A stretch of 64,000 nt of DNA, from the IMG/VR virus record IMGVR_UViG_3300014205_000001, positions 96,001-160,000 of that record. One strand, given 5' to 3'. The stretch is from a virus. Lineage: Duplodnaviria > Heunggongvirae > Uroviricota > Caudoviricetes. Positions 9,666 through 19,844 of the stretch are shown here, piece by piece; position 1 is the first letter of the stretch, and each line of letters opens with the position of its first letter. The notes beneath the pieces are model-generated. The model searched no databases. It was not told where the DNA came from and was given only the letters and a program-made list of their open reading frames with translations. Position numbers and translations under genes: made by a program.

Positions 9666-11204
9666 ATGTTTAAAGAAACAATTTACACCACAGCTATTTT
9701 TAATGAAATCAGGGACGTTGTTCGTCGTCATATTCTCATTAACGCAAAAGCAGGTTCAGGTAAAACAACAACAATTATTCGTTCGTTGGAATTAATACCT
9801 CATAATGAACCAACAATATTTTTAGCTTTTAATAAAGCAATCGCGGATGACATTCGTGCAAAAATTCAACCTTTGAATTTAAATCATGTAGAAGTTGCTA
9901 CTCTGCACAGTTGTGGTTTTCGTCAAATACGTAAACAATACAGTAATGTAACAATCAACAAAAATAAAATATCCAAAATTTTAATGCAAGCCAAATTAAC
10001 TTGGACGGATGTTTTACCTGAAGAAATTGATTCATATTGTAGTAGAGTTGAAAGGTTGGTTGATATGTTTCGTTTTGCAATGCCACAATCAAGGGAACAT
10101 GTTCTTGAACTTTGTGAAAAACATGAAATTGAATTATTCAACGGAGAAATTGAACGCGCAAAAGCAATTTTAATTGCATCCAATTCAAACACAAAGGAAA
10201 TTGATTATATGGATATGATTTATTTCCCTGCACACAAGGACATGCGTATTACTAAATACAAAAACGTATTTGTTGATGAGTGCCAAGATTTAAATGCTGC
10301 ACAACATAAATTATTAGAAAAATTGATCGACCCAAATGGTGGACGATTAATTGCTGTTGGTGACCCAAATCAAAGTATTTATGGATTCGCTGGTGCCGAT
10401 GTTGATTCATTCGACCGTCTTCGTAATTTGTTTCCTAACACTGTGGAATTACCTTTATCCTTTTCTTATCGTTGTCCAATCGCAGTTGTGGAACACGCAC
10501 AACAAATCGTTGCCGATATTTTACCTGCACCTAACGCTAAACAAGGAATTGTTCGTTCAGGTAGTTATAAGGAAATAGTTAGTGGTGATTTTATTCTTTG
10601 TCGTAACACTCGTCCTTTAGTTTCATTATGTATGAAATTTTTATCCGAAAGTAAAAAAGCAACGATTAAAGGTGCTGATATTGGACAACAAATGGTGAAC
10701 ATGATTAAAAATACCAAAACAAAAACCAACGAGGCTTTATTTAATCGTTTTCAACGCGATTTGGATAAATTAATCGAAAAAATGAGAAAAGCATATCCGC
10801 ATAAGGATGCTGAAAAAATGGTGCAGGTTGTAAATCTTCAGGATAAAATCGGTGCTTTAAAAGCTATCGCACAAGAATGTAAAACTACAAATCCTCAGGA
10901 AGTTATTGATACTATTTATAGTATCTTCACTGACAACGTTGAAGGTATTGTACTTTCAACTATGCACAAATCAAAAGGTTTGGAAGCAAAAAATGTTTTC
11001 ATCATTGAACCACAACTTTGTCCTGCACCTTACGCTAAACAACCATGGCAACAAGCCCAGGAACAAAATTTAATGTACGTTGCAAGGACACGTGCTAAGG
11101 AACAATTAATTTATGTTCACGATTGGACAGCGGATGAAACTAAAAAGAAAAACTTAACTGAGAAATTAATATCAATGAATTTACTTAACGAAGAAGCAGC
11201 ATAA
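9666..11204 (+). CDS. UvrD/Rep-like superfamily 1 helicase
   Basis: AGSGKT Walker A, VDECQD, VGDPNQSIYGF, SYRCP, STMHKSKGLE, YVARTRA. Confidence 0.95.
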   Translation: MFKETIYTTAIFNEIRDVVRRHILINAKAGSGKTTTIIRSLELIPHNEPTIFLAFNKAIADDIRAKIQPLNLNHVEVATLHSCGFRQIRKQYSNVTINKNKISKILMQAKLTWTDVLPEEIDSYCSRVERLVDMFRFAMPQSREHVLELCEKHEIELFNGEIERAKAILIASNSNTKEIDYMDMIYFPAHKDMRITKYKNVFVDECQDLNAAQHKLLEKLIDPNGGRLIAVGDPNQSIYGFAGADVDSFDRLRNLFPNTVELPLSFSYRCPIAVVEHAQQIVADILPAPNAKQGIVRSGSYKEIVSGDFILCRNTRPLVSLCMKFLSESKKATIKGADIGQQMVNMIKNTKTKTNEALFNRFQRDLDKLIEKMRKAYPHKDAEKMVQVVNLQDKIGALKAIAQECKTTNPQEVIDTIYSIFTDNVEGIVLSTMHKSKGLEAKNVFIIEPQLCPAPYAKQPWQQAQEQNLMYVARTRAKEQLIYVHDWTADETKKKNLTEKLISMNLLNEEAA

Positions 11205-11560
11205 TGAAATACGAAGGAAATAAACAAGATTTAGTAAGCTTTATTGCAGAACGTCTTACAGGTGAATTTTATATTATAAAATTCGAAAATAACAGTTATG
11301 ATTTATCTGGGAAAGGTAAATACATTTATACTTCAATTAAAAAAGCTACAAAGGCAATTGAATATGTAATGTATTGCAATTTTTGTCAAGGTCATTATTG
11401 GCATAAAGGTAAAAAGAATACATTTGAAAAAGAACAAGGTTGGATGAGAAATTCAGGTAAAGTTGACATGTCTAAAAACGAATTTCAACAAATGGCCAAA
11501 GATTTAACCAAACAGCTTTTAAGTGATAAAATATTTACAATTGAAAAAATAAACCTCTAA
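11204..11560 (+). CDS. Hypothetical protein
   Basis: 118 aa ORF coupled to helicase stop. Confidence 0.7.
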   Translation: MKYEGNKQDLVSFIAERLTGEFYIIKFENNSYDLSGKGKYIYTSIKKATKAIEYVMYCNFCQGHYWHKGKKNTFEKEQGWMRNSGKVDMSKNEFQQMAKDLTKQLLSDKIFTIEKINL

Positions 11561-11571
11561 AACAAAAAATC

Positions 11572-11781
11572 ATGATAGCAATAATCGTAACAATCGTTTG
11601 GACCATAGGTTCAGTATTCTTTTTAGCACTCACATATTTCTTTGATGGTGCCTGGAAAAAAGAAATGAAAATGCCTTTGAAATACATCCTCAAAGTAATC
11701 GGATGGCCTTTTTATGTCCTTTACAGGATATTCAGTAAATGGTTATTCAAATATTTTAGAAACGGTTATTACCGTAAATAA
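11572..11781 (+). CDS. Small membrane protein
   Basis: Hydrophobic N-terminal helix, GWP motif. Confidence 0.65.
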   Translation: MIAIIVTIVWTIGSVFFLALTYFFDGAWKKEMKMPLKYILKVIGWPFYVLYRIFSKWLFKYFRNGYYRK

Positions 11782-11803
11782 ATAAAACATTTGATAGTTA
11801 CAG

Positions 11804-11828
11804 AGCCCAGATTTATCTGGGCTTTTTT
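11804..11828 (+). terminator. Intrinsic terminator
   Basis: AGCCCAGAT-TT-ATCTGGGCT followed by T-run. Confidence 0.8.
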
Positions 11829-11858
11829 CATTTATAAGTAATTAATCTTATAATTGTA
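11826..11858 (+). promoter_or_regulatory. Class II promoter (TATAATTGT); other copies near 16194, 17014, 25200 and, on the minus strand, 34875
   Basis: TATAATTGT shortly upstream of starts; TTTCAT 16 nt upstream in two copies. Confidence 0.55.
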
Positions 11859-11877
11859 ATATCAAATCAAAACAAAC

Positions 11878-12315
11878 ATGTTAAAAAGTGAAGTAAAAAC
11901 AAAACTCGCGGCAGTAAAAAAAGCTATCGCTGAAATCGAAAGCAACGAAGATGAAGTAGTCGCTTACGCAACAAGTAATAAACATTTGCCGAGTGTGGGT
12001 TATATCCACGAAATCGTTTCCTATACGGAACTCGCAAAAGCACACAATGAAATCACCAAGAAATCAAACAACGATTTATCTGCTTCAGCGAAAGCATTGG
12101 GATTAACTGATGATGAACAACCTGAAGAAACTGTGAAAATTTTAGGCTTCAAACCTAAAACATGGTTCAGCGACATCAACAAACGTTTAAACGAACTCCG
12201 CACCAAACATAAATTGGAAAAACTTAAAGCAGCCGAAGCGACTTTATCGAAACACTTATCCAGTGACGATAAATTCGAAATGGACACTGACGGCATCGAC
12301 GCTTTATTAGTATAA
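11878..12315 (+). CDS. Hypothetical coiled-coil protein
   Basis: 145 aa ORF after promoter. Confidence 0.75.
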   Translation: MLKSEVKTKLAAVKKAIAEIESNEDEVVAYATSNKHLPSVGYIHEIVSYTELAKAHNEITKKSNNDLSASAKALGLTDDEQPEETVKILGFKPKTWFSDINKRLNELRTKHKLEKLKAAEATLSKHLSSDDKFEMDTDGIDALLV

Positions 12316-12387
12316 ATACTTCGCCTCCATGTTGGCTTCCAAAGGATCGCATTCTGTAAAAGGTTTGCGGTCCTCTTATTTATTTTC

Positions 12388-13251
12388 ATGGCAGTAACTT
12401 CCAAAGCCGATGTAGAGTACTTTAAATTACCTAAAGACTTTGCATCACTTCATAATTTAAAGGATTTAATTCAATATCGGCAAACGACTTTAGAAATTGA
12501 AAAAAATCTTAAACAGTACGAAAAGAATCTCATTAAATATACTGAAACTTATTTTACTTCGTATACAATGAATATTGACGAAGTACTGTTGTATGTTGAA
12601 GATATTGAACAGTATCGTGTATGTTTACACGGTAATGATATTGCTTTATGTACTAAACAAAATTGGAAACACAAAGGTGGCGATGGTAAACCATATACAC
12701 ATAGATATAAAAGTATTGAATGTTTACAAAATGTAATTAAGCTTTACAAAAAATACATCGACAAAAATCATAAATTGTTTTTAGTCGATACAGTCAACAA
12801 AAAAGTCGAAATTTGTTATTGGTTAATACCTCAACCCGAACCTAAAAAAATAACAAAGAAAGAATATTTAGAAAAAAGTGGTTCGTTTTTTGAATATGAA
12901 GGTTATGATGATTCAAAAATAATGTTTAATCAGCGTGAAGCTGATTCTGACGAAGATATACTTGACCCTAGTTATACAGGTTCGTCATTTTATCCTCATG
13001 GTTATACTTATAAAGTAAAATCAATTAAAGGTAAAAATATTTTAGAAGTTACAGCAGATTTTTACAGAGAATATAGCGCATACGAAAGTAAAAGTAATGG
13101 TTTTGGTGGTAGAATGACTACACGTTCAGCACACGGCAAAGACACTCATCATTTTTGTATGGACACCAATAAATATTTAGGTTTTCAATCTAAATTAAGT
13201 AGTTATGGTGAAGAAGATAAATCAAAAGGTATTTATTATGGAAGGGATTAA
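12388..13251 (+). CDS. Hypothetical protein, paralog family member 1 of 3
   Basis: LPKDFASLHNL, DEVLLY, FLVDTVNKK, FCMDTNKYLG. Confidence 0.8.
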   Translation: MAVTSKADVEYFKLPKDFASLHNLKDLIQYRQTTLEIEKNLKQYEKNLIKYTETYFTSYTMNIDEVLLYVEDIEQYRVCLHGNDIALCTKQNWKHKGGDGKPYTHRYKSIECLQNVIKLYKKYIDKNHKLFLVDTVNKKVEICYWLIPQPEPKKITKKEYLEKSGSFFEYEGYDDSKIMFNQREADSDEDILDPSYTGSSFYPHGYTYKVKSIKGKNILEVTADFYREYSAYESKSNGFGGRMTTRSAHGKDTHHFCMDTNKYLGFQSKLSSYGEEDKSKGIYYGRD

Positions 13252-14056
13252 TTTAAAGAAAGAAAAAAGCATAATTTTACCTAAAAGTAAAAAAGCTATC
13301 GTTAAAAAGGGAATTAATGTTGACGAAAAATCCATCCAATTACCTTCTGACTTTGATTCGTTACTTGATATAAGAGATTTTGGTAAAACTTATAAGCAAG
13401 TTATTTCTTTTATTAATAATATTAAAGAGTTTCAAAACGAATATTTAGAAAATATGATAAAATCTAAGGATGAAGTATTACAATTCATCCCTGAAAATCA
13501 TTTAGATAAATACAATGTTTATTTACAAGACAAATTACTTTGTAAATGGAATGATTTAGACATTAAAAATGTACAAAATAATATTGTTGATCAGTTACGA
13601 CAAGAAAGAATCTACTATCGTAGGCACTATGCAATTGAATTAGTAGGATTAATTTCTCAAAATGATAAAATATTTTTAATTGATACTGTAAATAAAAAAA
13701 TACAATTATGTTTATGGTATCGACATAGTCACAGAGAAACAATTCAGGGTTGGATGTATGGTTATTTTTGTAACTTAGAATATTTAAGAGATTGTTATAG
13801 TTTTGATATTTTGCCTGAAGAAGATTTGTTTCGTATCTCAGTAAAATTAAGACGTAATGGTTTAACAAGTGCTTCAGATATTGATGCATATAGAAAACAA
13901 GTGCCATATTTTGAATCTGACCGTCTATATGGAATAGGAAGTAATGGTGGAAATGAAGTTTACGATTTTTGTATGAAAACAAATACATTTAAAGGATATA
14001 ATGAAAAAGAAAGTCAATACAGTTGGAGCAGCAGCTACAGAACGTTTAAATACTAG
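13205..14056 (+). CDS. Hypothetical protein, paralog family member 2 of 3
   Basis: LPSDFDSL, DEVLQFIPE, FLIDTVNKK, FCMKTNTFKGY. Confidence 0.8.
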   Translation: MVKKINQKVFIMEGINLKKEKSIILPKSKKAIVKKGINVDEKSIQLPSDFDSLLDIRDFGKTYKQVISFINNIKEFQNEYLENMIKSKDEVLQFIPENHLDKYNVYLQDKLLCKWNDLDIKNVQNNIVDQLRQERIYYRRHYAIELVGLISQNDKIFLIDTVNKKIQLCLWYRHSHRETIQGWMYGYFCNLEYLRDCYSFDILPEEDLFRISVKLRRNGLTSASDIDAYRKQVPYFESDRLYGIGSNGGNEVYDFCMKTNTFKGYNEKESQYSWSSSYRTFKY

Positions 14057-14912
14057 TGAAGTAAAATTCATTTCAATTCCCACAGATTTTCATTCACTTC
14101 ACGATTTGAAAGAACTGATAGGTAATTATGATTTAGTGACTCGTCTTACTGCAGCATTAAATAATTACAATGCTCATTATTTAGATTCGTATTTAATGAA
14201 TATGGATGAAGTTTTGCAATATATTCCTGAATCTGAATGGCCCTTGTATACAATTCATGTGCGAGGCAGTATATCTAATGTTTGTAAAAGCCAAGACTTT
14301 ACTTTGCAATATTTAGAAAAAATACAAAAAACAAAGAAACTAGAATACGATTTTGAAAGGGAAACTTTAAAAGAACTCAATCTTTGTATAAAAATGAATT
14401 ATACAAGATTTAAAATAATCCCTCATCAGAAAGATATTGATCATCATAATAAATATTGGTTGAAAGAAAAAGGTCCTTTTCAACCTAGTTATTTTTATCA
14501 ATTTCCTATTGATCAATCATTACTTAGATTTTTCAATTGTAAATACGAAAAAAGGGATAAAACAGAAAAAATAATGTTAATTGATACTATCAACAAAATT
14601 GTTGAAGTGTGTCCATGGGCAGCTAAGAAAAAATTTGAAACAGATACATTCACCAAACAAGAATTTACTTTAGATAAAGATAAAAATTTAACACTGAAAC
14701 AACATTATACAGTTGATGATCATTATACTATTGGTGGTGTTTGGATTAATGGTAGAGCTAACGGATATTTAAGTGGAGGACAATCCTTTCCATATACAAG
14801 AAACGGATATGAAATGTATAAATTTTGTACACGCACTAATAAATTTTTAGGATATGAATTTGGTGCAGAAGATAAACGTAAAGAATGGCAAGCTTATAAA
14901 AATGCATGGTAA
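14001..14912 (+). CDS. Hypothetical protein, paralog family member 3 of 3
   Basis: IPTDFHSLHDL, DEVLQYIPE, MLIDTINK, FCTRTNKFLGY. Confidence 0.8.
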   Translation: MKKKVNTVGAAATERLNTSEVKFISIPTDFHSLHDLKELIGNYDLVTRLTAALNNYNAHYLDSYLMNMDEVLQYIPESEWPLYTIHVRGSISNVCKSQDFTLQYLEKIQKTKKLEYDFERETLKELNLCIKMNYTRFKIIPHQKDIDHHNKYWLKEKGPFQPSYFYQFPIDQSLLRFFNCKYEKRDKTEKIMLIDTINKIVEVCPWAAKKKFETDTFTKQEFTLDKDKNLTLKQHYTVDDHYTIGGVWINGRANGYLSGGQSFPYTRNGYEMYKFCTRTNKFLGYEFGAEDKRKEWQAYKNAW

Positions 14913-14915
14913 AAT

Positions 14916-15137
14916 ATGAATTATACAAGACACATAGTAGCTGACATGGACGAATCAATGATACAATGTTGTATTATTTGTGGCAAAGTGATAAACGATT
15001 ATCGTAACGTGATGGTCAGTCCACCTACAACAAAACTTGAAGGTTATGCAGCTGGTGAAATTTATCAGTCAGGTTATAATCCAGAACACACAACAACTAT
15101 TCCACCCAAAAACGTAACAATCAATCATTGTAAATGA
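14916..15137 (+). CDS. Small hypothetical protein with CxxC
   Basis: QCCIICG motif. Confidence 0.6.
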   Translation: MNYTRHIVADMDESMIQCCIICGKVINDYRNVMVSPPTTKLEGYAAGEIYQSGYNPEHTTTIPPKNVTINHCK

Positions 15138-15451
15138 GTAAGAATAATTTAAGAAATATCGTTATTGATGATTTACAATTCAAATGGATTGTAGATGTTA
15201 AGGACAACGGTACATATTTACGTGTATTTATACAACCTAGTAAAGAATGTATCATCAATAAGCAAATATTAAATGAAAAACTGCCTATCACACCTAGTTT
15301 AGTTAAGAATGAAATCATGTCGAATTTGTACGGGTGTGAAGGTGGTAATCATGACATTGTTCCTATGTTAGGTTACGAAAATTCTTTCATTGGTGAAGAA
15401 TGTCGCCAATGTGGTGCAAAATTTAATAACAGAGGTGAAAGGATTAATTAA
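15134..15451 (+). CDS. Hypothetical protein with C-terminal zinc-ribbon-like motif
   Basis: C..H and CRQCG. Confidence 0.6.
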   Translation: MSKNNLRNIVIDDLQFKWIVDVKDNGTYLRVFIQPSKECIINKQILNEKLPITPSLVKNEIMSNLYGCEGGNHDIVPMLGYENSFIGEECRQCGAKFNNRGERIN

Positions 15452-15728
15452 AATATTTATACTTCTTTGTTTTACATGTCAAGGTCAACAAGATTCGATT
15501 CGTCGACCTATCACGTTAAACTTACAACTTGTACAAGAATATGAAGATACTAAACAATGTGGTTTTGTTTTATCAGGTGTAGGTTTTTTATTTACAGGTT
15601 ATGGAGTTTATAGTAAACAATTCATCCCAATTACTTTCGGTTCAATTATCTGCGGCTCAGGTATTTTTATATTCACTTACAATCACAACAAATTTAAAAA
15701 ATATTTACAATGGATAAAAAAGAATTAG
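15390..15728 (+). CDS. Hypothetical membrane protein
   Basis: Hydrophobic segments; true start uncertain. Confidence 0.5.
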   Translation: MVKNVANVVQNLITEVKGLIKIFILLCFTCQGQQDSIRRPITLNLQLVQEYEDTKQCGFVLSGVGFLFTGYGVYSKQFIPITFGSIICGSGIFIFTYNHNKFKKYLQWIKKN

Positions 15729-16177
15729 AAACAGAATTAGAAGTAATTCAAAAAGCTTTGGACAAATATTCTGATGTCGAAAAGCAAATAAATGAATTGA
15801 AGAAAAAGAAAGCAGCTATCAAAAAAGAACTCAATAAATTAACTGAAAAGGATTTAACCTTTGAACAGAAATTCATCAAATTTCTAAATAAAAAAGGTGG
15901 AGTTGAAGAAGATTACGTACCAGGTGATCATAATGGTTTACCTAAGTTTGGTAAATTAATGACTGCTATTGATTCTGATTTTCATCGTCATGAAACAATA
16001 CATATTAAAAACGATAATCCTTTTTGTGATGTGTGGGACATTGTTACATACAACAATGAAATGACAGTTGAAAGTTTTAACGGTCAATATTATGCTAAAG
16101 TAACAAAAGAATTAGTAATGGAAGCAGCTGAAGAAGTTATGAATCACAATCTGAAATCTTTTAGATACGACTGGTAA
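15710..16177 (+). CDS. Hypothetical protein
   Basis: 155 aa, N-terminal coiled coil. Confidence 0.7.
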   Translation: MDKKELETELEVIQKALDKYSDVEKQINELKKKKAAIKKELNKLTEKDLTFEQKFIKFLNKKGGVEEDYVPGDHNGLPKFGKLMTAIDSDFHRHETIHIKNDNPFCDVWDIVTYNNEMTVESFNGQYYAKVTKELVMEAAEEVMNHNLKSFRYDW

Positions 16178-16205
16178 TTAAAAATAAAAAGCATATAATT
16201 GTATC

Positions 16206-16517
16206 ATGGCCGTTAAACCTATAAGTCCCAAAGAAATCATTGTCGATTTAGACAAAATTATACCTGAAGCAGTTATTCAGGCAGTGAATAATTTGCTGAA
16301 GGAGAAATATCGTGGAGGTACTGTAACGTTACAACAAAAAGAAATCACAGCTGCAATCCGTAAAATCGATAAAAAATTGACTAATGAAATTTTGTTTGAT
16401 AAACATTATATGGATTTTGAACCTATTTTTAATAAAGCAGGTTGGAAAGTAACTTATGACAAACCAGGTTGGGACGAAGATTACGAACCACATTACGATT
16501 TTAAACCTATCAAATAA
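16206..16517 (+). CDS. Conserved-looking hypothetical phage protein
   Basis: DFEPIF.KAGWKVTYDKPG motif; TATAATTGT promoter upstream. Confidence 0.75.
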   Translation: MAVKPISPKEIIVDLDKIIPEAVIQAVNNLLKEKYRGGTVTLQQKEITAAIRKIDKKLTNEILFDKHYMDFEPIFNKAGWKVTYDKPGWDEDYEPHYDFKPIK

Positions 16518-16714
16518 TGAAAAAACGTAGCAAAATATCTTTCTTACCTATTAATATGTTTTGGTGTATCAATGATTTTTGTACAGCATTTTTTGTATGT
16601 TCTTTTTTCTTTACTAATACACAATCACTTATCATTGGAATATTGCACTATCTAAATAATATTAGAAATCAAGTTGATTTAGATTATTTAAAAGACAAAA
16701 ACGATTTAAAATAA
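16517..16714 (+). CDS. Small hypothetical protein
   Basis: TAATG coupling on both sides. Confidence 0.55.
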   Translation: MKKRSKISFLPINMFWCINDFCTAFFVCSFFFTNTQSLIIGILHYLNNIRNQVDLDYLKDKNDLK

Positions 16715-16989
16715 TGGATAAAAAATTATTTGATAGAATTTCTGATACAGAAATTTATAAGTTCTTAAATGAACATAAAAACAAAACAGGTTGGGAATTT
16801 CGTTTAGAACTTTTAAATCGTTCGAAAGAAGATATTCACGACATATTAGATTTTAAATATCAGGATATGATTCATGAATGGCGTCAAGCATTATTTACTG
16901 CGCAGGACGAGGTAAAACAATTGAAAAATAAGATTATTAAACTCGAATCGCAACCTGGTCATGAAACTGATTGGGAAGCATCTCATTAG
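16714..16989 (+). CDS. Hypothetical protein
   Basis: 91 aa ORF. Confidence 0.65.
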   Translation: MDKKLFDRISDTEIYKFLNEHKNKTGWEFRLELLNRSKEDIHDILDFKYQDMIHEWRQALFTAQDEVKQLKNKIIKLESQPGHETDWEASH

Positions 16990-17047
16990 TTTTCATACTT
17001 AATTTATTAAGCATATAATTGTTGTATAACATAAACTATACAACAAC

Positions 17048-18010
17048 ATGGAAATCACACTTAACAAAAACGGCTTTCACCGTAAACTCCAAACATTCTG
17101 TTTTGGAAAGAACTGCCCACTGTATCAATCTTTTTGTCCCTATTTTTGGTTGACAATTTTCAGTGGAATTATCACATTCATTATTCCTATTGTTCCATTG
17201 ATTTATGTAATTAAATACATATTAATGGGTTTAATGTGGTGCATGGAAGGTTTAGGAAATGCATTCGAAAAACATATCTGTGAACCTTTGATGAAAAGCA
17301 AAGCTTTGAACATGGATAAAGACGAACTTTTAATGTCGTGGTTTTCCAATAGCAATTGGGACGATTATAATTTTTGGTACTACGAATATTTTGATCGTAA
17401 AAAATTAAATAAAAACAGTGAAGTTCGTTCTAAGAAATTCGAAATATGGAAAGCCAATAATCCTAATTGGGAAACACTTTTACAGGACTATAAAGAAAAA
17501 CGTCGTTTATTTCATATCGAACAAGAAGCAGAAAAGGAACGTTTACGTAATCAAATCGAAGAAGAACGAATCATTGAAGAAAAACGAAATGCTCGTAAAA
17601 AACAATTACGTCAACAAGCATTCACTTCAATTGTTAAATATACAAAATGGTTAGCATTTGTAATCGCAGCAGCAGTTGTTTGTTTAATCGGGTACGGTGC
17701 TTATAACTTATATTTATACATTGCAGATCATTTCTATTTGGATAAATTAATTGCAGGATTAAAATTCGCCGGTGTATTAATTTCAATAATTGGTGTTGCT
17801 GCGCTAATAATTTACATCCTCGCAAAAATGTTTAAATCTGTCACCTGTAAAGCTGCTTGCTTTTTATGTGGTCGTGAATGGAAATGGTTAAAGACACTTG
17901 GAACATATATCGGTAAATTCTTTATTGGTTTAGGTAACATCATTTCGTTTTTATGGAATGGAATTATTATGTTCAAAAAGGAATACTGCCCAGGAATTAA
18001 CTGGAAATAA
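17048..18010 (+). CDS. Multi-pass membrane protein
   Basis: Several hydrophobic helices around a charged coiled coil; CPYFW and YCPGINW termini. Confidence 0.8.
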   Translation: MEITLNKNGFHRKLQTFCFGKNCPLYQSFCPYFWLTIFSGIITFIIPIVPLIYVIKYILMGLMWCMEGLGNAFEKHICEPLMKSKALNMDKDELLMSWFSNSNWDDYNFWYYEYFDRKKLNKNSEVRSKKFEIWKANNPNWETLLQDYKEKRRLFHIEQEAEKERLRNQIEEERIIEEKRNARKKQLRQQAFTSIVKYTKWLAFVIAAAVVCLIGYGAYNLYLYIADHFYLDKLIAGLKFAGVLISIIGVAALIIYILAKMFKSVTCKAACFLCGREWKWLKTLGTYIGKFFIGLGNIISFLWNGIIMFKKEYCPGINWK

Positions 18011-18023
18011 TTTACTTACTACG

Positions 18024-18051
18024 AAAGGAGCTGTTTAACAGCTCCTTTTTT
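18024..18051 (+). terminator. Intrinsic terminator
   Basis: AAAGGAGCTG-TTTAA-CAGCTCCTTT plus T-run. Confidence 0.85.
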
Positions 18052-18068
18052 ATTTGCAATAAGAATAT

Positions 18069-18599
18069 ATGAAAGAATTTTCTAACCTTAAAAAGGAAAT
18101 AGAATTTGAAAAGTATGTGAGTACTGAACTTGATCTTACTCGTCATACAAATCATCATCGCAAAAACTTCATTAGTTGTGGTAGTGCTGCACTGGGTTTA
18201 TTGCTAAATAAAAATCCTTTGTTATTGGATAAAGTATGTAAGGATGCACATAAAGGTTGGTACACAACTCAAGTAATTCAATATTTGAAATCCCAAAATT
18301 GTAAAGTAATACAATTATCTAAAGATGATGTGCTACCTAAATTTAATCATTTATATAATCCTATCACTTCGGATCATGTGCTATTAATTAATAGTCGTGT
18401 AAATAAAAACGAAAACTCAATGTTCGTAATTCATAATAATGTTATTTGGCACAATTACAATTCAGAACAAATACCTCCATTATTTTTTATCAACAAACCT
18501 ACACAGGATGTTTTATTAGTTCATCATCCAAAATGGAAATTAAGAACTTCACGTCCACAAAAACTATTATACGTAAACGCGTACAGTACTGCTTCATAG
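18069..18599 (+). CDS. Hypothetical protein (weak C39-peptidase-like CGSAAL motif)
   Basis: SCGSAALGLL; catalytic His not clear. Confidence 0.55.
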   Translation: MKEFSNLKKEIEFEKYVSTELDLTRHTNHHRKNFISCGSAALGLLLNKNPLLLDKVCKDAHKGWYTTQVIQYLKSQNCKVIQLSKDDVLPKFNHLYNPITSDHVLLINSRVNKNENSMFVIHNNVIWHNYNSEQIPPLFFINKPTQDVLLVHHPKWKLRTSRPQKLLYVNAYSTAS

Positions 18600-18651
18600 T
18601 ATATATAAGCACGAATAAAACTATGATTTAATCCCAGGCTCGTAGGTGATT

Positions 18652-18750
18652 GTAAGTTTAATTCGTTGATAGTCAACAAGTTAGAGTTTTTTATAGTAAA
18701 TAAATTTTTTAGTTACATTAAAAATGATTAATTATGTAGTGTCAACCAAT
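18652..18750 (+). promoter_or_regulatory. Class I early cassette
   Basis: TAATTCGTTGATAGTCAACAAGTTA (IHF-like pair), degenerate palindrome, AAAATGATTAATTATGTAGTGTCAA. Confidence 0.8.
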
Positions 18751-18772
18751 ACAAACTTAAAACTTATAAATC

Positions 18773-19468
18773 ATGGCAAAAGGAAACTCACAAAAAAAAT
18801 CTACAGAAGCTGCACCGGAAATGGATGCAATGCAAGCGTTAATGTCAATTTCGCAAGTAACTGACACCAAAGCTGGAAAAAAGGACGAACACAAAACCAT
18901 TCAGGTACGTTCCGAAGAAGTTACAAAAGCAATTAACGATTATTCACAGGCACAAAAGGACATCGCCGATGCTGAACAACGTAAAGCTGCTGCGGAAGAA
19001 ATCATTAAGCCTTACGGTTTAAAAGCATTTATCGCGGATGTGAAAAATGGTTTTAAAGCTGACCGTAGTTTTATCCTTGCAAATTCATTGAAAGGTTTAA
19101 TGTATATCATCATGGATGGTTACAAAAAAGCTGGCCTGGATAAAGATCGTATCGCTTATTTACGTGGTAAATACGGTAAGGATATTATTACATCCGAAAC
19201 CGAATTTACTTTAAATAAGGAATTGGTTACTCAAAAAAATGCAAAAAATGTTGCATACGGTACATTAATCGCACAATTCATTATGTCACATCCCGACATT
19301 CCTGCGGAAGTTAAAGTAAAACTATTGGTTGCAAAAACCAGCAATGTAATTGCCAAAGGAACAATCGACAATCTGTTGAAAATTTCCGCCGACAATAAAG
19401 TATCAGTTGAGGACATCATCGCTGACATCGAACCGACCCAACAATTAAAGGGTCAAGGTACCAAATAA
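18773..19468 (+). CDS. Hypothetical early protein
   Basis: 231 aa; first gene behind class I cassette. Confidence 0.8.
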   Translation: MAKGNSQKKSTEAAPEMDAMQALMSISQVTDTKAGKKDEHKTIQVRSEEVTKAINDYSQAQKDIADAEQRKAAAEEIIKPYGLKAFIADVKNGFKADRSFILANSLKGLMYIIMDGYKKAGLDKDRIAYLRGKYGKDIITSETEFTLNKELVTQKNAKNVAYGTLIAQFIMSHPDIPAEVKVKLLVAKTSNVIAKGTIDNLLKISADNKVSVEDIIADIEPTQQLKGQGTK

Positions 19469-19552
19469 TTTAAGGATTGAACAATTAGGGGACAGTTTCA
19501 ACGCTGTCCCCTTTACCAGTTGGGAATCGTCAAACAATTTAAAATCCTTAAA
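19469..19552 (+). other. Structured intergenic stem-loop
   Basis: Outer TTTAAGGATT/AATCCTTAAA stem, inner GGGGACAG/CTGTCCCC hairpin. Confidence 0.55.
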
Positions 19553-19554
19553 TC

Positions 19555-19842
19555 ATGTTACATTCAAAAAGAAAAATATTAGGTTTATATATTCTACCAG
19601 TTTACAGCAGCATTGCTTTAGTAAACCAAACTACTAAAAAACCGGAACAATTATTTAAATCCTGGGCTGACACAGCAAAATATCTTCGTCAACTTACTGG
19701 TGACGACGATGCTGAAGTTCAAAACCTCAATATAAAATATTCATTGGATGAAGTAACAGGTTTACGTCGACTGTGGTTGATGTTTACACTGGGTTTTACA
19801 AAACCTTTAGTTAAATTACATAATAACCTTTTATTCCTTTAA
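19555..19842 (+). CDS. Hypothetical protein
   Basis: 95 aa ORF. Confidence 0.65.
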   Translation: MLHSKRKILGLYILPVYSSIALVNQTTKKPEQLFKSWADTAKYLRQLTGDDDAEVQNLNIKYSLDEVTGLRRLWLMFTLGFTKPLVKLHNNLLFL

Positions 19843-19844
19843 TC

